Of a DNA stretch of 64,000 nt, positions 37,221-46,690 are shown one piece after another. The notes below the pieces were generated by a model. It worked only from the letters and a program-made list of their open reading frames with translations, ran no database searches and was not told the origin of the DNA. The DNA is taken from positions 1,146 through 65,145 of the forward strand of contig DOEC01000006.1 of assembly GCA_003524085.1 (NCBI GenBank), written 5' to 3'. Position numbers and translations under genes: made by a program. Position 1 is the first letter of the stretch. Every line of letters starts with the position of its first letter. The DNA is from Bacillota bacterium (GTDB lineage Bacteria; Bacillota_I; Bacilli_A; RF39; UBA660).

Positions 37221-39230
37221 ATGGACAACGTTTTAAGTGAACTAGTGAAAAAACTAGAAAAAGGAGAAAGTGTAAGTAATTTAGTCAGTGAATTTAAAAT
37301 CAGTGAGTTTGAGCTTTTTGGTTATGTAAGAAAGTTAAAGGAAACTGGTATTAATGTTATTAGGACTGAAAAGAATAATGAAGTTAGACTAATAATTAAT
37401 CACCATCCTGATTATACAAAAGAAAATGTATATAATATTAATGTGGACGTAAACTTGAATACTAAGTTTGCTGTTATAAGTGATACTAGATTTGGTTCAA
37501 CAAACGAGCAAATTGCTATTTTAAATGACTTATATAAAAAGTTTTTAGAGTGTGGTGTTACATATGTAATTGTAGCAGGAAATTTACTTGAAGGCGAATA
37601 TAAAAACAACGATGTTTATGAATATGGTAAAAGTTTAATTAGTAATACTAGTATTGGGCAAGCTAATCATTTATTAGAGTTTTATCCTAAGGTAACTGGT
37701 ATTACTACTCTTTTTATTACAGGAAAAACTGACCATACTTGGAGTAAAGAGTTAAATGTTGGAGAATATATTAGTAGTAACAGAGATGATTTAATTTATT
37801 TAGGGCCTAAAAGTGCAACTATTAATTTTAATAAAGTTATGTTTAGGGTTGAGAATTTGAAAAAGCAAGGAGAAAGCTATACTATCGCATATCCACCACA
37901 GAAGTATTCTAGAAGTATGCCTAGTTATGAAGATTATGACGCGATATTTTTAGGTGGCACATTGACTGCACAGGAGTTTCCCACAATTAGAGATACTAAG
38001 ATGTTTGCAATACCTTCTGTAGTTGCTAGAACTCCAAAGATGAGAAATTTAAGTCAACAAAATACTATAGGTGCGTATGTTTTTGATATTAGTTATACTA
38101 AAAATGGAAAATTAAAGAGTATGAAGTCTACACTTATTCCCTACTACGTTCCTAGTAAAGAAAACTATATTACAATAAAGCCTCTTATAATAAGTGATAG
38201 TAAAGATAATGTTAAAGTTAAGCCTGTTAAAGATAATATGACTAGTATGTTAGATAGAATATATAGAAATATTAAGAAGGAAGAGAGTTTTAGTGATTTG
38301 ATGAATAGACTTTCAATTAATGAAAATGAACTTTATGGCGTGATTGACCTACTTCAAGAAAGAGGAAGAGATATTGGTATTAGTGAAATTGATGGGGTTC
38401 TTGTCGTTAGAAAAAATGTTAAAAAAATTAGAAAGACTGAGATAAAGCTACCTAAAGAAGAATTACATAAAAAGGTGTTTCTAGTTGTAAGTGATACGCA
38501 TTACGGAAGTATTTATAGTCAGCCTTCTATGGTAAATACATCTGTTTATGAAGCTTATAACCGTGGAATTACTGATATATTTCATGTTGGAGATATTACT
38601 GATGGAGATTATAGTAGAATTAGGCCAATACATAATTATGAAGTGTTTTTATATGGTGCGACTGGACAGCTTGAGTACACCTTAAATACTTTGCCTAAGT
38701 TTCCTGGAATGAAGTGGCACATTATTACTGGAAGTCATGATCAAACTCACCTATTTAATTATGGAGTCGATATTGGAAAAGAATTAGAAAAAAGAAGAGA
38801 CGATATTGAGTTTCTTGGGCAAGACAGAGGCTTTTATTATTTTGACAACTGCAAGATGGAGCTATTTCATCCAGGTGGTGGGACAAGCAGAATACTTTCT
38901 ACAAAGCCACAGAACGGAATTGATCAGATACCAAGTCATACTAAACCTAAAATCAGTTTAAGAGGACATTACCACAAGTCTTATTATATGTTTTATAGAA
39001 ATGTTCACACTTTCTTGTGTCCATGTAATGTTGATACATCTTCATTTATGATGAAAAATGAGATACCTAATTTGATGGGAAATTATTTCATTACTATTTG
39101 GTATGACGATAATGGAGATATTGAATATTTAGAAACTGAACCTATGATTTTTACTAATGAAGATGTGACTTACAGAGATTTTGAAAATCCTAAAAAGTTT
39201 ATAAAAAGCAAAATTAATAAAAAAATTTAA
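37221..39230 (+). CDS. Tandem-duplicated wHTH-metallophosphoesterase protein (degenerate first unit, intact second unit)
   Basis: Track ORF 37161..39230, with the start moved to MDNVLSEL (RBS AAAGGTAGGG). Unit 2 has DTHYGS, VGDITDGD, GSHDQ, FHPGGG and RGHYH. Unit 1 has DTRFGS, AGNLLEGE and TGKTDH at the aligned positions. Confidence 0.7.
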   Translation: MDNVLSELVKKLEKGESVSNLVSEFKISEFELFGYVRKLKETGINVIRTEKNNEVRLIINHHPDYTKENVYNINVDVNLNTKFAVISDTRFGSTNEQIAILNDLYKKFLECGVTYVIVAGNLLEGEYKNNDVYEYGKSLISNTSIGQANHLLEFYPKVTGITTLFITGKTDHTWSKELNVGEYISSNRDDLIYLGPKSATINFNKVMFRVENLKKQGESYTIAYPPQKYSRSMPSYEDYDAIFLGGTLTAQEFPTIRDTKMFAIPSVVARTPKMRNLSQQNTIGAYVFDISYTKNGKLKSMKSTLIPYYVPSKENYITIKPLIISDSKDNVKVKPVKDNMTSMLDRIYRNIKKEESFSDLMNRLSINENELYGVIDLLQERGRDIGISEIDGVLVVRKNVKKIRKTEIKLPKEELHKKVFLVVSDTHYGSIYSQPSMVNTSVYEAYNRGITDIFHVGDITDGDYSRIRPIHNYEVFLYGATGQLEYTLNTLPKFPGMKWHIITGSHDQTHLFNYGVDIGKELEKRRDDIEFLGQDRGFYYFDNCKMELFHPGGGTSRILSTKPQNGIDQIPSHTKPKISLRGHYHKSYYMFYRNVHTFLCPCNVDTSSFMMKNEIPNLMGNYFITIWYDDNGDIEYLETEPMIFTNEDVTYRDFENPKKFIKSKINKKI

Positions 39231-39248
39231 AAAATATTATAAAAAGTA

Positions 39249-39278
39249 TTGACATAGGCACTAATTTTATGGTACACT
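39249..39278 (+). promoter_or_regulatory. tRNA-Ala promoter
   Basis: TTGACA (39249-39254), 18 nt, TACACT (39273-39278) preceded by TGG. It has the same -10 context as the tRNA-array promoter. Confidence 0.55.
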
Positions 39279-39310
39279 TTTAATGCTTGATTTAATCAAG
39301 TGCCTACCGT

Positions 39311-39387
39311 GGGGAATTAGCTCAGTTGGCTAGAGCACCTGCCTTGCACGCAGGGGGTCGCGGGTTCAAGTCCCACATTCTCCACCA
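39311..39387 (+). tRNA. tRNA-Ala (anticodon UGC)
   Basis: GGGGAATTAGCTCAGTTGG...CCTTGCACGCAGG...TTCAAGTCCCACATTCTCCACCA. The G3:U70 identity pair is present and CCA is encoded. Confidence 0.95.
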
Positions 39388-39401
39388 AATATATCTATAG
39401 A

Positions 39402-39428
39402 AGTCCTTTTTTCTAAGGACTTTTTTTG
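39402..39428 (+). terminator. Rho-independent terminator after tRNA-Ala
   Basis: Stem AGTCCTT / AAGGACT followed by a T7 run. Confidence 0.8.
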
Positions 39429-39544
39429 TTATACTACTAGTGAAGTGTTAATTAATTTAGTTAAAGATACAAAAGACGTTAAAGTAAAAACTATGAGACT
39501 TTGATGTCTTTTTTTAAAGAAAAAAAAGAACTATTTGGTTCTTC

Positions 39545-40489
39545 TTAGTATTTAAAGACTTCTACAAATATGTTAAAAGCTACTTTAAGAGCGTCATGTC
39601 TTACCATGCCATTATCTATTATAAAATAGTTGTCTTCTATTACAGTGATGTCTTTTAAGTTTTCTTTATCTAGTAAGACTTGGTCTTTTTGTTCACTAGT
39701 TTGATATTTTTCTAATATATTTTTATCTATCTTTTTATTGTTTGCAAGTACTACGTCTACTTTTCTTTTGCCTAAGTATGAGTTTAATAAATTTACGTGG
39801 TCGCTTACTTTAAAGTTATCTGTTTCGCCTGGTTGAGTAACCATGTTTGATACGTATATTATTTTGGCATTTGACTCGTCTATTGCGTCTATGATTTCTT
39901 TGTTTATTAAATTTGGTATGATACTTGTAAATATGCTACCCATGCTTAGTATGATGGCGTCTGCATTTTTAATTACTTTTATTGCTTCAGGTGTTATTAC
40001 TGGTGCTTCCTTATAGAAAACTTTTTTTATTTTCTTTGGACTTAGAGATATTTCTTTTTCGCCTTCAACAATTGTTTTATCTTTCATCTCTGCCATTAAT
40101 GTAACGTTATCTTCTGTTAATGGAACAACTTTTCCTTTCAAGTTAAATACTTTTGATAAAGCTTCTATTCCATCACTTAAATTGCCAGTTATTTCTTTTG
40201 CAGCTGTTAATATTAAATTCCCTACTGCGTGACCATTTAAATCGCTATATGTGCTGAACCTGTAATTAAATAGTTTTTCTACGAGTGGCTCAGTTTCACT
40301 TAGTGAAATTAATACTCTTCTAATGTCGCCTACTGCTGGCGTTTTAAATTCTTCTCTTAATTTACCAGTTGAAGAACCATTATCGCATACACTTACTATT
40401 GCAGTTATGTCTAACGGAAATTTTTTAAGGCCCTGTAAAAGTACAGAAAGGCCTGTTCCTCCACCTAGTACTACTACTTTTTTATTCAT
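39545..40489 (-). CDS. yvcK: YvcK/CofD-family gluconeogenesis/cell-shape factor
   Basis: 314 aa. VVLGGGTGLSVLLQGLK and AIVSVCDNGSSTGKLR...VGDIRRVL are present. Confidence 0.8.
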   Translation of the reverse strand: MNKKVVVLGGGTGLSVLLQGLKKFPLDITAIVSVCDNGSSTGKLREEFKTPAVGDIRRVLISLSETEPLVEKLFNYRFSTYSDLNGHAVGNLILTAAKEITGNLSDGIEALSKVFNLKGKVVPLTEDNVTLMAEMKDKTIVEGEKEISLSPKKIKKVFYKEAPVITPEAIKVIKNADAIILSMGSIFTSIIPNLINKEIIDAIDESNAKIIYVSNMVTQPGETDNFKVSDHVNLLNSYLGKRKVDVVLANNKKIDKNILEKYQTSEQKDQVLLDKENLKDITVIEDNYFIIDNGMVRHDALKVAFNIFVEVFKY

Positions 40490-41443
40490 TTATCCCCCAT
40501 AATTAATATAATATTCATAATATTCATCAAATGTTATATTCTCATTATGTATAATTCTTGCAGCATTTGAGCCAACATATCTTAGTCTCCATGCATCATA
40601 TGAGAATCCTGTTATGTTTTCTTTATCCTTTGGATATCTTAAAATAAAGCCATATTTGTAAGCATTTTCCAAAATCCATGTGTGTTCTGGACTGTTTTCC
40701 ATGTCTGAGCCTTCTGTATAAAGTGGCTTTACTACAACACTTAGACCAGTTTGATATTCTGAGTGACCAGGACGTGCTGCAACTTTATCGGCATAGTCTA
40801 CACCACTACTTGCTTCAATATCATTATATGCTTCTTCTTGATCAGCATAACTTCTATATCCTTGACTTACTACTAAATTATATCCACTTTCTTTAGCAGC
40901 GTCTAGCATATTTGTAAGACTATCATACATCATTTTACTTACTTGTTTTCCTTCATATGCATAGCTTAAACTAACGTCTACTAAATCACTTGGCACGTAG
41001 GTTTCTGATAGCTTGTAAAATTTATTTACTAACATCAATTCTCCTTTTGAAGTGTCTGTATCTGCTATACTTTTGTACCAGCCTAAAGATGCTTTTGTGT
41101 TTACTTTAGCTACTATATCAGTTAAATTACCATTATTTTCATTTATATAATCCAAGTATTTATCTAAGTTTGCAAATATAAACTTTTTTTCTTTCATTAG
41201 TTTTGTTATGTTTACATTGTATTTATGATTTAGTAATGTGTTAATCTCGTCTTCTTTTAAAGTCTTAATGTATTCTATTTCATTATCAGAATAGCCTACT
41301 TCGCCCAGTTTGTATTCTATGGTTTTTCTCAAATTGCTTTCATCTATTAAAGATTTAATACCTATTATAACTACTACCAAAATTACTACAACAATACCTA
41401 CAAATACTCCTAATTTTTTAACATTTAATTTTTTCTTTGTCAA
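40490..41443 (-). CDS. M15B (VanY-type) D-alanyl-D-alanine carboxypeptidase, membrane anchored
   Basis: 317 aa with an N-terminal TM. SQGYRSYADQ, PGHSEYQTGLSVV and YGFILRYP are present. Confidence 0.8.
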   Translation of the reverse strand: MTKKKLNVKKLGVFVGIVVVILVVVIIGIKSLIDESNLRKTIEYKLGEVGYSDNEIEYIKTLKEDEINTLLNHKYNVNITKLMKEKKFIFANLDKYLDYINENNGNLTDIVAKVNTKASLGWYKSIADTDTSKGELMLVNKFYKLSETYVPSDLVDVSLSYAYEGKQVSKMMYDSLTNMLDAAKESGYNLVVSQGYRSYADQEEAYNDIEASSGVDYADKVAARPGHSEYQTGLSVVVKPLYTEGSDMENSPEHTWILENAYKYGFILRYPKDKENITGFSYDAWRLRYVGSNAARIIHNENITFDEYYEYYINYGG

Positions 41444-41513
41444 ATCTTATCACCTTAAGTATATTATACAAAAAAACTTCAAATTTCTCAATATTAAAAG
41501 AAGACTTTTTAAA

Positions 41514-42242
41514 CTAAGTTGTTAAAATTAGGTCTTTTAATTTTTTTAGTTTATCTTTGTCTTCTTTTGATACTCTAAATGAGTCATTCACTTTGCTTGT
41601 TGCTTTTCTTACAATAAAATCCGGTAATTTAGTGTTTTTTATAAATTCGTAAGTGTCACTTGTAAACTTTACGTATAGTTCACAAAGTAGCCACGATATT
41701 GCCATGTCTACGTAATAAGCATGTGTTGTCTCTTTTTTTATTAAATCAAATATGACGCTTAAATTTTCTTTTTTTAAATAATGGTCTAATATTATAACGT
41801 AGCCAAATCTTTTTGTAAATTCATGAGAACTTTTTAGAAAATTGAATGAATATTCAATAGTTGTGTTATCTAATATTTTTGAAGAATTGCTAATCATGTC
41901 AGTAAAGCTCCACGAGTCCATTTTCTTTGTATAATTCTTTATGTATTTGGTATACTCTTTTAAATCTGACATGTTTGAAATCACTAATCCTGACAAAATT
42001 TGTACTTCATATATATTAGAACTATTTGCAAAAGTTATGAAATCCAAGTAATTAGTTTTCATTATTTCCTTTGAAATTTTTTTCAAAACTGGAATACGCA
42101 AACCTAGAGTTTTGTAACTGGTATTAATTATTTTATCGTTAAAGTTTTTGTATTTTTCATCACTCAATGTTTGTAAATAATTGGTTAACTCAAGAAAGGT
42201 TTGTTCCTTCCATTCATTACACATTAATATTGTATTCCCCAT
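41514..42242 (-). CDS. DNA alkylation repair protein (AlkD-like HEAT-repeat family)
   Basis: 242 aa. The N-terminal pattern LSDEKYKNFNDKIINTSYKTLGLRIPVLKKISKEI is typical of the family. Confidence 0.55.
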   Translation of the reverse strand: MGNTILMCNEWKEQTFLELTNYLQTLSDEKYKNFNDKIINTSYKTLGLRIPVLKKISKEIMKTNYLDFITFANSSNIYEVQILSGLVISNMSDLKEYTKYIKNYTKKMDSWSFTDMISNSSKILDNTTIEYSFNFLKSSHEFTKRFGYVIILDHYLKKENLSVIFDLIKKETTHAYYVDMAISWLLCELYVKFTSDTYEFIKNTKLPDFIVRKATSKVNDSFRVSKEDKDKLKKLKDLILTT

Positions 42243-43645
42243 ACCACTACTTCTTTAGCTGGTCTACCACATATTGCACATTTTCCTGTTATTTTTTCTT
42301 CATTTTCAAGTATGCATCTAGATTTTATGCCTGTTTTGTCCTTTAGTTTAATTTCACATTCAGTATTTCCACACCAGTCTGCTTTTATAAACCCCGGATG
42401 TTGTTTAATAATTGATGACATTTCATCCATATTTGTAGCAGTGTATGTTAGTGTATTCATTCTTTCTAGAGCTTTTTTGTATAAGTTATTTTGAATGTCT
42501 TCTAATAAAAATTCTATTTTGTTTAAAAGTTCTTCTATTTTTACTGTTATTTTTTCTCTACTATCTCTTCTTACTAATGTGACTTCGTTATTTTCTAGAT
42601 CTCTTGTACCCATTTCTATTCTAATAGGTGTGCCATTAACTTCACTTTCGGCAAATTTGAAACCTGGTGATTTTTCTGAGTCATCCACTCTAAATGTTAT
42701 GTTATTTTCTTTTAATTTAGTTTTTATTATTTCTAGAGCACTACTTACAGAAATGTCACTGCCAATCGGAATTATATCAACTTTTATTGGAGCTACTTTT
42801 GGTGGAAGAACAAGTCCATAATCATCTCCGTGTACCATAATAACTGCACCTATCATTCTATTTGATGAACCCCAAGAAGTTTGATATGCATATTCATAGT
42901 TGTTGTCTTTATTTAAGAATTTTATGTCGTAAGCTTTGCTAAATTTTTGTCCAAAATAATGTGACGTTCCACTTTGAAGGCATATTCCATTATACATTAA
43001 CGCTTCAATTGTTAAAGTGTATTCTGCACCTGCAAATTTTTCTTTTTCTGTTTTTCTTCCTGACATAACTGGTACTGCTAGATAGTCAGTAAAGAACTTT
43101 TTATAGATATTTAGCATATCGTGTGTTTCTTTTTCAGCTTCTATTTGTGTTGCATGTACTGTGTGACCTTCTTGCCAAAAAAATTCTCTACTTCTTAAAA
43201 ATGGCCTTGTTTCCTTTTCCCATCTTACTACACTGCACCATTGATTGTATTTAAGTGGTAAATCTCTATATGATTTTACTACATCGTGGTAGTAATCGCT
43301 AAATAACGTCTCACTTGTTGGGCGAACAGCTAATTTTTCTTCAAGTGGTTTCGAACCACCTATTGTTACCCAGGCTACTTCTGGTGCAAAACCTTCTACT
43401 AACTCGCCTTCCTTTTTTAGTAAGTTTTCTGGTATAAACATTGGCATCATGACATTTTTATGTCCAGTTTCTTTAAACATTTTATCCATGTTTTCTTTAA
43501 TACTTTCCCATAAAGCACATCCATTTGGTTCAAAAATTGTGCAACCTTTCACATTTGAATATCTTGCTAAATGAGCTGCGTTAACTACATCTGTGTACCA
43601 AGCTGCAAAGTCAACATCTCTACTTGTTATTTTGTTATTTTTCAT
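42224..43645 (-). CDS. proS: Prolyl-tRNA synthetase, archaeal/eukaryote-like type (no INS editing domain)
   Basis: Track ORF 42224..43690, with the start moved to MKNNKITSRDVDFAAWY after an AGGAGG RBS. Class II motifs are present. The C-terminal Zn-like CGNTECE...CAICG region ends in ...WGIQY. Confidence 0.9.
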   Translation of the reverse strand: MKNNKITSRDVDFAAWYTDVVNAAHLARYSNVKGCTIFEPNGCALWESIKENMDKMFKETGHKNVMMPMFIPENLLKKEGELVEGFAPEVAWVTIGGSKPLEEKLAVRPTSETLFSDYYHDVVKSYRDLPLKYNQWCSVVRWEKETRPFLRSREFFWQEGHTVHATQIEAEKETHDMLNIYKKFFTDYLAVPVMSGRKTEKEKFAGAEYTLTIEALMYNGICLQSGTSHYFGQKFSKAYDIKFLNKDNNYEYAYQTSWGSSNRMIGAVIMVHGDDYGLVLPPKVAPIKVDIIPIGSDISVSSALEIIKTKLKENNITFRVDDSEKSPGFKFAESEVNGTPIRIEMGTRDLENNEVTLVRRDSREKITVKIEELLNKIEFLLEDIQNNLYKKALERMNTLTYTATNMDEMSSIIKQHPGFIKADWCGNTECEIKLKDKTGIKSRCILENEEKITGKCAICGRPAKEVVVWGIQY

Positions 43646-43840
43646 AAAATCTTTCCTCCTAAAATAAAAAGGACAGCATAAGGAGTGCAAAAGTGCACGG
43701 TGCCATCCCTTGTTTTTCTTTATTATTTATAACGGTTTTTAGCCGGGAATACTTTTATATTCCACTTTAGAAAGTAGGAAAATTTATTCTTATTATTAGT
43801 TTTCACCAAACACTAACTCTCTATAAATAAAAAGATAAAT
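43646..43840 (-). promoter_or_regulatory. T-box riboswitch leader, proline specifier (CCU)
   Basis: On the minus strand: AGAGAGT...GGTGAAA stem I elements, specifier TTCCTAC (CCT at 43776-43778), and T-box-like GGGATGGCACCGTGC (43693-43709). A terminator helix and T-run precede the RBS. Confidence 0.8.
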
Positions 43841-43876
43841 TCATTCTTTCATCACAAGTTTTACATTGTTATTTTA

Positions 43877-44641
43877 TCATTTTTTTCTTAAAGTTGCAAC
43901 ATAATTGTATGAGTTTGTGTCCTGAACAGCGTCAACTTTATCAATAATATAGCCGTTTTCTTTAAAACCAGTGAAAAAGTCACTGTATTCATGCCACACA
44001 TAGTTTGCCTGAACTTCGCCAGTTTCGTTTAAATGTGTAAAAACATTCTTCATAATTTCGTTGTACTTCGTCACATCTATTCCTAAAAATGAATAAATAT
44101 TTGACAATAAGATTAAATCATAGTCATTAGTTATTTCATTTAATATATTTGGAAATACTCCTATAATGAAGTTTGGAAGTGGCTTGATGTGCAATAGTTC
44201 TTTTAACTCATTGTAGTTATTTTTATCTAAATAAGGTATTACTCTTCCAGACATAGTGTTTACTTTATTGTTAAATCCGATTACAATATATGTTAGTTTG
44301 TTAAGTCCACGCTTGTAAGCAAAATCAAAGAAAGTTTTTACATCTTTTGGTAAATGTTTTCTTAGTTTTTGATATATAGCTTTGTTTTTCATATTTGATT
44401 TAATAAAAAATTCTACAAATTCTTCATATGTCAAAACTTTAATTGCAATGTATTTAAAAATTAAATAGTACTTTGAAGGAGCGAACATATCAAAACAGGT
44501 AACTTCTTCTGCTCCATATAAAATGCTTGAAAAATACTGATCTCCACTGCCTATTACACTCAAGACTTTCTTGTTTTTGAAATCGTATAAATCTTGATAA
44601 CTCGTTAAGTTTTCGTTACTAAATCTATATAATTTATTCAT
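43877..44641 (-). CDS. DUF3419/BtaA-N-like SAM-dependent (Rossmann) protein
   Basis: 254 aa. VLSVIGSGDQYFSSILYGAEEVTCFDMF...LTYEEFVEFF resembles the DUF3419 pattern, and no DNA methyltransferase motifs are present. Confidence 0.4.
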   Translation of the reverse strand: MNKLYRFSNENLTSYQDLYDFKNKKVLSVIGSGDQYFSSILYGAEEVTCFDMFAPSKYYLIFKYIAIKVLTYEEFVEFFIKSNMKNKAIYQKLRKHLPKDVKTFFDFAYKRGLNKLTYIVIGFNNKVNTMSGRVIPYLDKNNYNELKELLHIKPLPNFIIGVFPNILNEITNDYDLILLSNIYSFLGIDVTKYNEIMKNVFTHLNETGEVQANYVWHEYSDFFTGFKENGYIIDKVDAVQDTNSYNYVATLRKK

Positions 44642-44656
44642 ACCAAGACCCCATTT

Positions 44657-45145
44657 TTATTTTCTGACTGCATTTTTTTGAAATTCAGGAAATTTGTCAT
44701 AGTCTAATTTGTTTATTATTTCTATTGTTGGCTTTTTATTAGAATATGAACTAAACCTTGTATAGTTACCATCCTCATATGAAAAACTTATAATTTCGCC
44801 TAATTCTGTTGTGGTTGTAATGTTGTTGTACCTCGTTATATTAAACAATAATATCACTTCACCATTTTTAAATTTTATAGTTCCAGTGATATCTCTATTT
44901 TCTATGATTTCTCCATCTGTTACATAATATATGCCACTTATATACCCATATTCTTTTCCTTCAGGTGTAACTTGTAAACCCATTAGCACACTTTTGACAG
45001 GTTTACTACTAATTTTTAATTCAGTGTCTGTAAACTCTTTACTGTTTAAAATAACGCGTATTATATTGTTCAAATCAAGTCCACTATTTATGTTGTCTTT
45101 GCTAAAGCAAAAGAAATTTTCAAACAAAATATTATATTCATTCAT
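44657..45145 (-). CDS. Hypothetical protein (162 aa)
   Basis: ORF track plus a GAGGGGGAG RBS and a consensus promoter. Confidence 0.5.
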   Translation of the reverse strand: MNEYNILFENFFCFSKDNINSGLDLNNIIRVILNSKEFTDTELKISSKPVKSVLMGLQVTPEGKEYGYISGIYYVTDGEIIENRDITGTIKFKNGEVILLFNITRYNNITTTTELGEIISFSYEDGNYTRFSSYSNKKPTIEIINKLDYDKFPEFQKNAVRK

Positions 45146-45168
45146 TTTAACTCCCCCTCAATCAAAAT

Positions 45169-45199
45169 AATTATACCATATTTGGTACAAAAAAGTCAA
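45169..45199 (-). promoter_or_regulatory. Promoter with the conserved AATTATACCATATTTGGTAC core
   Basis: On the minus strand: TTGACT (45194-45199) and ATGGTATAAT. The 20-nt core at 45169-45188 is identical to 37126-37145. Confidence 0.6.
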
Positions 45200-45278
45200 A
45201 TTTTAAATTAAATTATTAATAAGTAAAAACATTTTAACTATTGGTTATTTAAATAAAAGTCTTATTTATAAACATTCA

Positions 45279-46043
45279 CTAATGAGTTTTTTTGGTTTTC
45301 TGCTTTTCTTTAAAGCCTTTAATATCATTTTCTGGAGATACCCATTTGACACATACTTCATATCTGTCTTTTGTCTTATTTTCAGTTGTTAAACATCTCT
45401 TTTTAGGGCCAATTGTTAAACAAGAAATATGAGGAGTTTTATAATTCAAACATTTTTTATCTAAAAATAAATCATATAAATCATATTTGTTAATCCAAAC
45501 ATATTTGTCAGGTGTTCCACAAATTAAAGCATCAATATCGTATTTTGAATTTCTTCCTCTTATAACAAATCTATCAACCATTTCTATTATTATTTTCGTC
45601 TTATTAATATATTTGTTAAATATATCTACTTCGTCTTGATATAATAGGCGATAATCTTCAGAACTTAATTTTTTACTGTAATCACGAGTTCCATCACTAT
45701 TTCTTCTATAGCCATAATGAAAACTTAAATAATAATCTATCACTTTGTATGGGATATTTAAATTAATCAAAAACCTTTCAAACTCTTTAACTGGTTCTTG
45801 ACTAACTGAATTATAATGTCCTGATTTTATGCTAATACCTTTAGTATATTTTTTAAATTGAATAAATATATCAGCTTTCTGAAGTTTTTTGTTTTTATAG
45901 CAAATTATTGGTTCACTATTATCAATGGTGCCATCAAATATATTGGTTAAGAATTCTTGAGTGTTAGAATCAAATTCATATAAATATTTTTTATTAAAAA
46001 AATTTACAAAATCTCTTTCGTTTTTAAAACCATTATTGCGCAT
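45279..46043 (-). CDS. Putative HinP1I/MspI-like type II restriction endonuclease homolog (solitary)
   Basis: 254 aa. The N-terminal NGFKNERDFVNFF recalls HinP1I DGFKNEKDIADRF. KADIFIQF...ISIKSG is a candidate D...SxK core. The C-terminal LTIGPKKR block also resembles the family. All comparisons are from memory. Confidence 0.35.
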   Translation of the reverse strand: MRNNGFKNERDFVNFFNKKYLYEFDSNTQEFLTNIFDGTIDNSEPIICYKNKKLQKADIFIQFKKYTKGISIKSGHYNSVSQEPVKEFERFLINLNIPYKVIDYYLSFHYGYRRNSDGTRDYSKKLSSEDYRLLYQDEVDIFNKYINKTKIIIEMVDRFVIRGRNSKYDIDALICGTPDKYVWINKYDLYDLFLDKKCLNYKTPHISCLTIGPKKRCLTTENKTKDRYEVCVKWVSPENDIKGFKEKQKTKKTH

Positions 46044-46130
46044 TCAACACCTCCTTTATAAATTGAAAATCAATACCTAAATAGAACCTAAAAAAATAAA
46101 ACCCCGTAAACATGGAGTTAAATTACTAAA

Positions 46131-46207
46131 TGGTCGGGAAGACAGGATTTGAACCTGCAACCACTCGGTCCCAAACCGAGTGCTCTACCAAGTTGAGCCA
46201 CTTCCCG
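46131..46207 (-). tRNA. tRNA-Pro (UGG)
   Basis: The reverse complement gives CGGGAAGTGGCTCAACTTGG...CTCGGTTTGGGACCGAG...CCA. Confidence 0.95.
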
Positions 46208-46212
46208 ATAAA

Positions 46213-46289
46213 TGGCGTCCCCAAGAGGAGTCGAACCCCTAACCTTTTGATCCGTAGTCAAACGCTCTATCCAGTTGAGCTATGAGGAC
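46213..46289 (-). tRNA. tRNA-Arg (ACG)
   Basis: The anticodon loop on the minus strand is CTACGGA. Cloverleaf and CCA are present. Confidence 0.9.
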
Positions 46290-46332
46290 AGCCTGTCCAA
46301 AATATATATAAGCTCCGGCTGGCTTTTAAAAA

Positions 46333-46408
46333 TGGTGGCTTCAGTTGGAATCGAACCAACGACACCAAGATTTTCAGTCTTGTGCTCTGCCAACTGAGCT
46401 ATGAAGCC
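46333..46408 (-). tRNA. tRNA-Phe (GAA)
   Basis: GGCTTCATAGCTCAGTTGG...CAAGACTGAAAATCTTG...CCA. Confidence 0.95.
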
Positions 46409-46412
46409 ACAA

Positions 46413-46488
46413 TGGCGGTTCCGACGGGAATTGAACCCGCGATCCCTCGCGTGACAGGCGAGTGTGATAACCGCTACACCACGGAACC
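46413..46488 (-). tRNA. tRNA-Asp (GUC)
   Basis: GGTTCCGTGGTGTAGCGG...CTCGCCTGTCACGCGAG...CCA. Confidence 0.95.
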
Positions 46489-46495
46489 TTATTTT

Positions 46496-46572
<77 letters not shown>

Positions 46573-46590
46573 ATGTTAGTTTTTTAATTT

Positions 46591-46683
46591 TGGCGGAGGA
46601 AAAGGGATTTGAACCCCTGCGCCGCTTTCACGACCTCCTGGTTTTCAAGACCAGTCCCTTCAGCCAGACTTGGGTATTCCTCC
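46591..46683 (-). tRNA. tRNA-Ser (UGA), long variable arm
   Basis: GGAGGAATACCCAAGTCTGG...CTGGTCTTGAAAACCAG...CCA. 93 nt. Confidence 0.9.
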
Positions 46684-46690
46684 AACAAGA

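Noticed and set aside
43877-46043. The three-gene cluster, considered as a complete restriction-modification system.
   Set aside because: The only SAM-fold candidate (43877..44641) matches a DUF3419/BtaA-like pattern. It lacks DNA methyltransferase motifs (no DPPY/NPPY and no PC/ENV motifs).
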